Program-made: the position numbers and the translations under genes | Origin: Vicugna vicugna | Lineage: Eukaryota | Assembly (NCBI GenBank): GCA_013265495.1 | Contig: MU059418.1 | Span: 3,022,773 to 3,086,772, forward strand | Reading direction: 5' to 3' | DNA length: 64,000 nucleotides | The notes under the pieces: model-generated | What the model saw: only the letters and a program-made list of their open reading frames with translations | Database searches by the model: none | What the model was told of the DNA's origin: nothing | In this document: positions 55,801-64,000 of the stretch, piece after piece | Layout: each line of letters opens with the position of its first letter | How positions within the stretch are numbered: position 1 is the stretch's first letter

Positions 55801-58800
55801 ATTGAAATAATCATGTAGCTTTTGTCCTTTCTTCTATTGATATAATACATTAAACTTATGTTCATATATTGAGCCAACCTTGCATAAATCCTACTTTGTC
55901 ATGTATATACACTTGATTAGGTATATAATCCTTCTTGTATGTTGCTGTATTTGGTTTGCTAGTATTCTGTTCAGGAGTTTTGCATCTACTCTCATAAGAG
56001 ATATTAGTTTGTAACTTCCTTGCGATGTCTTTCTTTGGTTTTCGTATCAGGATAATATGGCTTCACAGAATGAGTTATGAAGTGTTCTTTCCTCTACTAT
56101 TATACAGAAAAGTGATATATTGGTGTTACTACTTCTTTAAATGGTGGGTTGAAGTAACCAGTGAAGCCATTTGGGCCAGGGCTTGTCTTTGGGGGTAGTT
56201 TTTCATTACTTATTCAATCTCCTGTTATAGGTCGGTTCAGGTTTTCTATTTCTTCTTGAGTCAGTTGCAGGAGCTTTTGTCTTTCTTATAATTTGTCCAT
56301 TTCATCTAGGTCACCTAATTTATTGGCATACAGTTGTTTATAGTCTTCCCTTGGAGTCCTTTTTAATCTTTGTAAGGTTGGGTGTAATATCCTTCTTTCA
56401 TACCTGATTTTAATAATCTGAATCTTGTCTCCTTTTTTGTTTGGTCAGCATAGCTAAAGGTTTGCCAATTTTGTTGATCTTTCCAAAGAACCAACTCTTG
56501 GTTTTGTGGACTTTATTGTTTTTCTATCTCTCTTTCATTAATTTCTACTCCAATCCTACTATCTCTTTTCATCTGTTTGCTCTGGGAATACAGTTCCTCT
56601 TCTTTTTTTGATGATTTAAGGTGGAAAGTTAGGGTATTTCTTGAAATCTTTTTTAATGTATGCATTTGCAGTGATAAATGTCTCTCTAAGCATCTTTGGC
56701 TACATTCCCTAAGTTCAGCATGTAGTGTCTTCATTTTCATTCATCTCAAAGTATCTTCTAATTTCCTTTGTGATTTTATCTTTGAATCATTATTTAGAAA
56801 TATATTGTTTAATTTCCACATATTTGTGAATTTTCCAAACTTCTTTTTGTTATCAATTTCTAATATCACTACCTTGTGATTAAAGTACATACTCTGTACA
56901 ATTTCAATCCTTTTAATTTTCTTGGGCTTTTTTTTATGACCTAGCATATCGTCTATCCTGGAGAACATTCCATGTGTACTTGAAAAAAATGTGTACTCTA
57001 CAGTTGTTGGGTGGAATGTACTATATATATCCATTTTGTCTAGTTAGTTTATAGTGTTGCTCAAGTCTTCTACTTCCTTGTTGACCTTCTATATAGTTCT
57101 GTGCATTCTTGAAAAGTGGGATATTTCAGTCTCCAACTATTATTGGTGAATGTCTATTTCTCTCTTCAAATCTGTTAGTTTTTTCTTCATTTATTTATTT
57201 CTGGCTGTCCTGTTAGATACATATGTGTTTATAACTGTTGTAATTTCTTGACAGATTCACCCTTTTTTCATATTATTATAAAATGTACTTTTAAAAATCT
57301 AATAACATTTTTTTCCTTTAAAGTCTCTTTTAGTACAGCCACTCCAGTTTTCTTATGACTGTCCTTGGTATGACACATCTTCTAACATTTACTTTCAACC
57401 AATTTTTATCTTTGAATAAGAAAGCATGTCTCCTGAAGGCTGCATATAATTGGATCCTTAAAAAAAATCCAATATGACAATTTCTTTTTGGAATGAATTG
57501 TTTAATCCATTCACATTTAATGCTATTAATGACAAAGTTGGATTTACTTCTGCCTTTTACTTTCTGTCTTCTATGTATCTCATATTTTTTTTAATTCCTC
57601 TAGTTCTCCTTTAAAGTCTTCTTTTGCATTAAGTAAATATTTTCTAGTATAACACTAATTCCTTTTATGACTTTCTCATTATATATACATGTTTTTTTTA
57701 ATTGAAATATAGTCAATTATAATTATCAATTTCTGGTGTACATATATTTTTAAAGTTACTTTCTTAGTAGCTGCTACAGGGCTTGCTTGCCAGATACATC
57801 TTAACTTGACAGACTCTTTTTCAGACTTAAACTAACTTAATTCTGGAGCTCCAATATAGTTCCCTCCTCCCTCTTCCTGTGCTATTTTACTATGTATACT
57901 ACGTCTACATATGCTAAAAACCCAACAATACAATATATTGTATAATACACTATATACATTGTTACACAGTACATTGTTACAGTCATTACTTCATACAATT
58001 TTATGTCCATTAACAAAACTGAGAAAAGAAAGGAGAACAAGTAAATATTTAGAGTTTGTTATACTCACCCTCTTATTTTGGTTCTCTTCATCATTTCCCA
58101 TCAATTCAAGTTACCACCTTGTATAATTTCCTTACTCCAATATAAACTTTGGCCTCACCTACTTTATGCTGTTACTGTCAAATATATTAATTCCTGTAAG
58201 TTATAGGTCCAACAATATATTTATAAACACATAGTTTTATACAACTGCTTCTTCTTATACAAATGCTTTTGAAATTAGCTACAAAAAGGGAAAGAAATAT
58301 GCACTTATATTGTCTTTATTATAGTTATATAATGACTTTCACTGATGCTCTGTTTTGTGTGTGTGTATGTGAATTTGAATCATAGGCTGAGGTCACTTGC
58401 TTTCAGCCTGAAGAATTTCCTTTGGTGTTTCTCATAAGGCAGGTTTGTTAGTAGCAAATTCTCTTAAGTTCTTGTTTATCTAGGAAGCTCTTTATCTCCC
58501 CCCCTCCTTTTTTTTTTTTTTTAACACACTGATCACCACAGCACCCAAATCTGAGTGACAGTGTGTTTCCTCAGGGCACCCGATCCACAGTGGGTGATCA
58601 ACGTGTTAATGGAGGTACTGGGGATTGAACCCATGACCTCATGCATGCTATGCATGTGTTCTACCACTACCACTACCAGAGCTATTTCTCTGCCCTCTTA
58701 CCTTCACTTTTGAAAGGTATTATTGGATATAATTCTTGGTTGAGTTTTTCCCCAGTACTCTGAATAGGTCATCCCATTCCCCTCTGGCCTCTATTATTTC

Positions 58801-61663
58801 TGTTGAGAAGTCAGCTGTTAATCTTATTGGAATACTCTTGAACATGATGAGTCATTTTTCTTTTGCTACTTGCAAGACTTTCTCTTTCAGCATTTTTATT
58901 ATGATGGGTTGGGGTGTAAATCTCTGAGTTTATTCTACTTGCAGTTCTTTGACCTTCTTGGCTATGTACATTAATGCTTTTCATCAAATTTCAAAAGTTT
59001 TCAGTTATTATTTCTTTGAATGTTTTTTCAGTTCCTTTCTCTCCCTCAGTCAATTTTTCATTCCAGTTACTACATTTTTCATCTCTGGAACTTCCATTTG
59101 GCTTTTTCCATCTCTTATCTCCTGTCTCTTTACTAACATTCTCTATTTGATGACACACTGTCATCACAGCTTCCTTCACTTCCTTAAGCATAGTTTCCTT
59201 TAGTCCTATCACCATACTTGTAATGGTTGCTTTGAAGTTTTTGTTAACGCTGATAATCTGGGCACTCTCATGCAATTTCTGTTGCCTGCTTTCTCCTATG
59301 TATGAGTCATACTTTTCTGTTTCTTTGCATGTCTCAGTTTTTGTTAAAAACTGGACATTTTGAGTTAATACTGTAGCAACTCTTGATGCATATCCCCTTC
59401 CTCCTTTCAGGGCTTGTTGTTGTTTTCTTATTTGTTTAGTGACCTGGCTAGTCTATTTCAGTGAAGTCCACTTCTTTGAGGGCTGATGAGGCCTTTGGTG
59501 TTGCACCCCAGAGAGTGCAGCCTGGGGTATTTGTCTCTGGATGACAGGGTTTTAGAAGGGCTTTCTTTATCCGCCTTTTTCTCATTTCTGTTTAAGCTTT
59601 CTGCCTCACCTAGTAAGAAACCCAGCTGTCAGGCTCCACAAATTGCTGGCTGAATGCTCTACTGTTTTTGACAATGCCTTGAGGCACAAATTGCTCCAAA
59701 GTCTGATTCAATTAAATTCAGGCAGGGGTAGTTTTTGAGACTGAGGTTTGTTTCAACCTCTGCTTTGAGCTCTTCTTAGCCACCTCTTTCCATGGTTCTC
59801 CCTGGTGAACCAGCCTGCATAAGGTTTGGCTTTTTGTTCTCAATTAAAAAGAGCTCCTTTTATTTTCTTACCACCAAAATCTACATTACTTCTGAGAATG
59901 ACCTTGGGCTCAAACTTCCCCACATTCTGTTCTTACCTATTACCTCTCCTCCTGGCAAAATCTCAGTACCACTACTCTGACCAGGACTGGTAGCCTCTAC
60001 AGTCTTCTCAGCTTGCCTCTCCCTACGTGGTGGAGCCTCCGTCCTACAAGTGAGCTGGGGCAAGGGTGATATGGGCCATAGAATTGCTGGCCTGCTGGGC
60101 CAGGGTAGAGCTTCTGTGCTATGAGTGCAGTATGGAGGTGGGTGGAGGGAAGGAGTCTCTGGCATTACGCTAAGTGAAATAAGTCAGAGAAATACAAATA
60201 CTGTGTGATATCACTTATATGTAGAATCTAAAAAAGCTGAACTCAGAGAAACACAGTGGTAGTTACTAGTCGTTAGGGGTGGGGGATATGGAAAGATACT
60301 GGTCAAAGGGTTTAAAATTCCAGTCGTAAGATTAACAAGTTCTGGGTATCCAATGTGCAGCATGGTGATTATAGCTAATAATAGTGTGTCATATACTTGT
60401 TAAAAGAGTATACTTTAAATATTGGCACCACAAAAAGAGGGGATGGTAATTATGTGATGGGATGGAGGTATGAGCTAATGTATGCTACAGTGGTAATCAT
60501 TTTACAATATACAAATCTAACAAATTGACATGCTGACACTTTAAACTTATACAATATTTTATTTTGATTGTATCTCAAGAAAGTTGAGGAAGTAAGAAAA
60601 GAAAGGTGTCCCTGCCTTCTTGGCTTTATTCATCAAGAATTTAGCCTCTTTCACTCAGAGCTGGAGGGGATGAGAAAAGCTGGCGGCCTGTCCCTCCCAC
60701 CAGTGAAATACTGTATTCCTCATCTGGGAGCTGAGGGACCCCTTTTTGGCCACACCTGCCCAGAGTGGAACTTTCATCAAGCAGAAGTTCTAGTGTCATA
60801 GACATTCAGTGTTCTTACTGAACTTTAGTAGATTTTCTGGGAAAAACGGTTGTTCATTTGCTCTGTGCTCTTAAAACAACTTCCACAGAGTTTACATGGA
60901 TGGTGGTTATTGTTGTGTATAGGGTTTATTTAGTTTCACTGACAAGCAGGTCCACAGAGCTCCACACGTTGCCATCCCAGGAATGAAACTCCTCCCTGCA
61001 CGATTATGGTGGGAATTCCTGGATTCGTACAATTTGACTCCAGAGTCAAATGCTTTGGGCTGAGTACCTGACCCAAAATGGGCCAGAGTAGTTCACCAGG
61101 AAGCTGGAGCTGAGACTAGGCATTTGCACATTTACTAGGCAGCCTGCTCATCAGAACAGAGAAAAGAGAAGACTCAAGAAATGTGTAGAAAGAGGAAAAG
61201 ACAGAAAAATAACTCTCTGGGTTCCTAAGAATGCTCTAGTTACTGGTTCCAGTCAGTCTCTTGGTTCTGCAACACAGCACTTCTCCCTGCAATCAGATCT
61301 ACTTTGAGGGAGAGGTTCTGTTGTTATCTATCAAGTCTTAGCAATCGTGATCTAGGACTGCCCGGAGGAAAACTCTACTTTGAGCAAATTTCAACTTATT
61401 CTCCTGGAAAAGGAGCCAAGGATGGCTCTAGGAACCCATAAGAATGCTCCCCGCTTCAGGAGACCTGCCCCGAGTACCTTGATTGTGCTCGGATTCCTCA
61501 TTAGCCACTCGCATCAGAGCATCCAGCACCAAAGCGTTGTCTAGCCATGTGTACCACTCCTCCAACTCCTGAAGGAAGCTGGCTGTGCCCGTTGACTCTG
61601 ACACCTTGCGAGTTGCCAGCTTGCAAAGCCGCTCGACAAAGCCAGGGATGCTGAGAAGGGCCG
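40667..61663 (-). CDS. TRPC4AP: TRPC4AP (TRUSS, CRL4 substrate receptor), last 12 coding exons; the 5' part of the gene lies beyond the window
   Basis: Exons splice in phase (1529 nt) from [15 protein letters not shown] to ...[11 protein letters not shown], matching the known TRPC4AP C-terminal part. Confidence 0.97.
40949..41155 (-). CDS. TRPC4AP: TRPC4AP exon ([10 protein letters not shown]...TCLEN)
   Basis: tgcag|, AAC|gtgagt; 207 nt. Confidence 0.96.
42051..42163 (-). CDS. TRPC4AP: TRPC4AP exon ([10 protein letters not shown]...QTLTQ)
   Basis: cctag|, CAG|gtgaga; 113 nt. Confidence 0.95.
42767..42875 (-). CDS. TRPC4AP: TRPC4AP exon ([10 protein letters not shown]...VDMK)
   Basis: tccag|, G|gtagga; 109 nt. 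Confidence 0.95.
43497..43637 (-). CDS. TRPC4AP: TRPC4AP exon ([10 protein letters not shown]...NTDAK)
   Basis: cccag|, AAG|gtaagt; 141 nt. Confidence 0.96.
44110..44490 (+). mobile_element. AT-rich LTR-like insertion (solo LTR candidate)
   Basis: CCAAT 44330-44334, TATAAA 44367-44372 and AATAAA 44392-44397 in U3-R order; AT-rich island in a GC-rich intron; ends are ambiguous. Confidence 0.4.
44670..44760 (-). CDS. TRPC4AP: TRPC4AP exon ([10 protein letters not shown]...RGLLE)
   Basis: cgcag|, GAG|gtaatg; 91 nt. Confidence 0.95.
45822..45905 (-). CDS. TRPC4AP: TRPC4AP exon ([10 protein letters not shown]...ESSFR)
   Basis: ttcag|, AG|gtaggt; 84 nt. Confidence 0.95.
47013..47114 (-). CDS. 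TRPC4AP: TRPC4AP exon ([10 protein letters not shown]...LNTDR)
   Basis: ttcag|, AG|gtgagc; 102 nt. Confidence 0.95.
48677..48735 (-). CDS. TRPC4AP: TRPC4AP exon ([20 protein letters not shown])
   Basis: tttag|, GA|gtaagt; 59 nt. Confidence 0.95.
50369..50500 (-). CDS. TRPC4AP: TRPC4AP exon ([10 protein letters not shown]...CDCSP)
   Basis: tccag|, CCG|gtgagc; 132 nt. Confidence 0.96.
53384..53550 (-). CDS. TRPC4AP: TRPC4AP exon ([15 protein letters not shown]...RQRNQ)
   Basis: ctcag|, CAG|gtggga; 167 nt; an in-frame alternative acceptor lies 24 nt inside. Confidence 0.95.
55201..55510 (+). mobile_element. Solo LTR candidate, 310 bp
   Basis: Termini TGCTGGG...CCCAACA (6/7 inverted match), AATAAA 55455-55460, flanks ctgca / ctgcc, CpG-rich. 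Confidence 0.6.
58506..58697 (-). mobile_element. tRNA-Ala-derived (Vic-1-like) SINE with an atypical structured tail
   Basis: Minus strand: A-box-like tagctctggtagtgg, B box GGTTCAATCC, ccagtacctcc, then an 81-bp insert and poly(A). Confidence 0.8.
60165..60595 (+). mobile_element. L1MA-type 3' end nested in the older L1
   Basis: gctaagtgaaataagtcagag...aagttctgggtatccaatgtgcagcatggtgattatagctaataa... Confidence 0.75.
61478..61663 (-). CDS. TRPC4AP: TRPC4AP exon ([13 protein letters not shown]...EESEHNQ)
   Basis: ggcag|, G|gtactc; 186 nt. Confidence 0.96.
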
Positions 61664-61804
61664 CTGCCAAGGAGAGAATCAATGGGGAAAGTTCAAAACA
61701 GAGAGACCAGCTCTAAAGCCCTGAATAAAAACAAGCTCCTGATCTGCTCCAAACCAGCATGAGAAAAGTGATGATTAATTTAACAGTGACAGAGCTTCCC
61801 TTTA

Positions 61805-61971
61805 TTTATTTAAAAATTTTTTTTGCTGTTTTATTTTATTTTATTTTATTTTTGGGGAGAGGAGGCAATTAGGTTTGTTTATTTTTTAAATGAAGGTACT
61901 GGGGATTGAACCCAAGACCTTGTGCTTGTTAAGCATGCACTCTACCACTGAGCTATATACCCTCCCTGCCC
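61805..61971 (-). mobile_element. Vic-1-like tRNA-derived SINE with a perfect 13-bp TSD
   Basis: A box TAGCTCAGTGG, B box GGTTCAATCC, A-rich tail; TSD GAGCTTCCCTTTA at 61792-61804 and 61972-61984. Confidence 0.88.
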
Positions 61972-62959
61972 GAGCTTCCCTTTAAAATGAAATGCCAAGC
62001 CAAGGTAAAATAGTAATAAAGTTCTAGAAACAAGTTCAATTTTAGCAGGTGAAGGGAAACAGATTCTCTTACATCTACTGGTCAGAATACAAATTGGAAT
62101 AATGATTATGCCTTATATCTGTGTGTCTTTGAGCCAGCAGGTCCATTTCTGGGAATTCACCATAAAGAAGTAACCAGTTATATATACAGAGATATCCATA
62201 TAGAGAGGTTCAGTGGTATGGTTTCTATAACAGCAAAAAGGTAGAGATAACTATGTTCATTAATAGCATATGGATTAAATATGATACATCCATACAATGG
62301 GATACAACACACAGCCACTAAGAACAACAACTTGTACATACATCTTTACACAGCGACTCCAAAAAGATGTTTAACTTTACTTATTAGAGAAAGAAGTAAA
62401 TTATTAAACAGTATTGGCATAAGCCCTTTCTCTTTAAAATTTTTAAAGTTTGCTTCTTTAAAATATGCACATAATACACATAAAGAATGGAAGGATATGT
62501 ACCAAGATATTTACTGTGGCTATTTCCTGAGTAGGAGAGGATATAAATGCTTCTTTTAAAATTACTTAACTATAGTTTGATTTTCCTATAACAAACATGT
62601 ACTAGCAGGAAGAAAAAAGATAAGTCTTTTTTTTAAGGTAAAGAAAGAAACTGAGTAGTTACCCAACTCCTATCTACACCAGTCCCATTTTACTTACACT
62701 GACAAGTATGATGTAAGTTCTGGTCAGCATAAAGAACATAACAAATTTTGAAGGCAAGGACTCCAGGTTCAAATCTTGGCTCCAAAATTTAACCTTCTTT
62801 AAAATAAAGTTAATGTGTGTACACACTTGCTTGTGTATGTATTAAATCTCCTTGGAAGGGCAGAAAATAGCAGTAGTTGCCAAAGGCAAAGAGAATAAGG
62901 TCACTGAGAACAGAGTGGGAGAGAAACTTTCCAGTGAATACATTTTTTGAATGTGTAGA

Positions 62960-63340
62960 TCTTTTTGAACCATGCAAATGTCTTATCTAATCAAAAATTA
63001 ATAACTGTATGTTTCATAACATCAAGACATTACTATTATTTGGGAGGGTATAATGTGTCATTGGAGTTATGTTTCAAAAGAGTCATTATCTTGTAGAGAC
63101 ACTGAAATATACACAGGTGAAATCTTATAATGTCTGGGATTTGCTTCAAAATAATCCAAGCTGAGGAAGGGAGGAGCAAATAGGAGTAGAGATAAAGACA
63201 GGCCATCAGCTGACAATCGTTGAAGCTAGGTAATGGGTAAATGGGATCACTATACTGTTACATGTATAACATATATGTATGTCATATACATGTCTCTATT
63301 TTTATATATGTATGAGGTTTCCCATAAAGAAAAATTTTTA
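62960..63340 (+). mobile_element. L1MC-type 3' fragment
   Basis: gaaatatacacaggtgaaatc...atgtctgggatttgcttcaaaataatcc. Confidence 0.65.
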
Positions 63341-63569
63341 AGCAAAATTCAAAGAATACAACATTAAAGAAGATTCTTTAAAAATAAAATAAAACAAGGT
63401 AATTAGTTAGGAGGATTATATGAAGTCATATAAATACATTTATTCCTAGCACTGAGCTCGGCAAATAATCTTAGCTCTCTTTCATCCTCTATAAATTAGT
63501 GGGTGACTGTAAAATAATTATGATCTCATTTTTTAAAAGTGAATTAAAACTATATTGAAATTAACTTTG

Positions 63570-64000
63570 CCTCAAAAAGTTAAACACAGAATTACCACAT
63601 GACCTAGCAATTTCATCCCAAGTATACACACAAAGGAAGTGAAAACAGGTGCTTGAACAAATACATGAGTACACATATGTTCAGAGCAGTACTATTCACA
63701 ATAGTCAAAAGGTGGAAACGACCTAAATTCCCATCAAGAGATGAGTGGATACAAAAATTGTAGAATATACTATACATAATGAGTATTATTCAGCCATAAA
63801 AAGAAATGAAATATGGACATGCTACAGCATCAATGAACCTCAAAAACATCATGCTAAGTGAAAGAGGTATGATACAGAAGGTCACATATTTTTTTATTCC
63901 ATTTGTATGAAATATCTAGAACAGGTAAATCCACAGACAGAAAGTAGGTGGTTGCCAGGAGTTTGGGGGAATGGGGAATAACTGCTAAATGTGTATAGAG
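63570..64000 (+). mobile_element. L1MB-type 3' fragment running off the window end
   Basis: aaaagttaaacacagaattaccacatgacctagcaatt...cagccataaaaagaaatgaa...atgctaagtgaaagagg. Confidence 0.75.

Larger units (their letters stand above)
55520..60980 (-). mobile_element. Long decayed L1 (5' region, ORF1 and the 5' part of ORF2) with nested insertions
   Basis: ORF2 endonuclease-like [33 protein letters not shown] (56741-57034); ORF1 coiled-coil-like peptide (58991-59275); reverse-transcriptase-region remnant near 55560-55690; many stops and frameshifts. Confidence 0.8.

Noticed and set aside
56513-57034. Apparent L1 ORF2 coding sequence
   Set aside because: It is fragmented by stops and frameshifts, so it is a non-functional fossil reported as a mobile element
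58610-58690. tRNA-Ala-like sequence (also at 61890-61965)
   Set aside because: These are SINE heads with tails or TSDs and broken stems, not tRNA genes
1-64000. CRISPR arrays, operons, rRNA or other prokaryote-type systems
   Set aside because: The sequence is intron-rich mammalian DNA with no regularly spaced repeat-spacer array and no rRNA-like sequence

Overview
Mammalian genomic DNA, probably from a camelid (tRNA-Ala-derived Vic-1-type SINEs and cetartiodactyl-type L1 tails; this is an inference). The window holds the MYH7B / MIR499 / TRPC4AP locus. MYH7B (+) is complete: 41 coding exons from 16591 to 39678, all with GT-AG boundaries and consistent phase, summing to 5826 nt (1941 aa + stop). 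One exon is partly hidden by an N-run whose length preserves the expected exon size. The miR-499 hairpin lies in the intron after coding exon 18. TRPC4AP (-) contributes its last 12 coding exons (61663 down to 40667), and its 3' end meets the MYH7B 3' end tail-to-tail at about 39870-39925. The rest is MIR, L2 and L1 fragments, a long decayed L1 with nested insertions, two solo-LTR candidates, MER91A and microsatellites. The main system (a myosin host transcript made non-productive by a frameshifting exon skip while still releasing miR-499) is known biology; the sequence supports it here with a predicted premature stop at 24116-24118. Less obviously described features are two introns built from strand-biased TGACC repeats, a TTAA-flanked 81-bp inverted-repeat insert in a SINE, a CpG-rich solo LTR, and candidate muscle enhancers. 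There are no prokaryotic features or CRISPR arrays. Coordinates were read by eye, so repeat boundaries are approximate.
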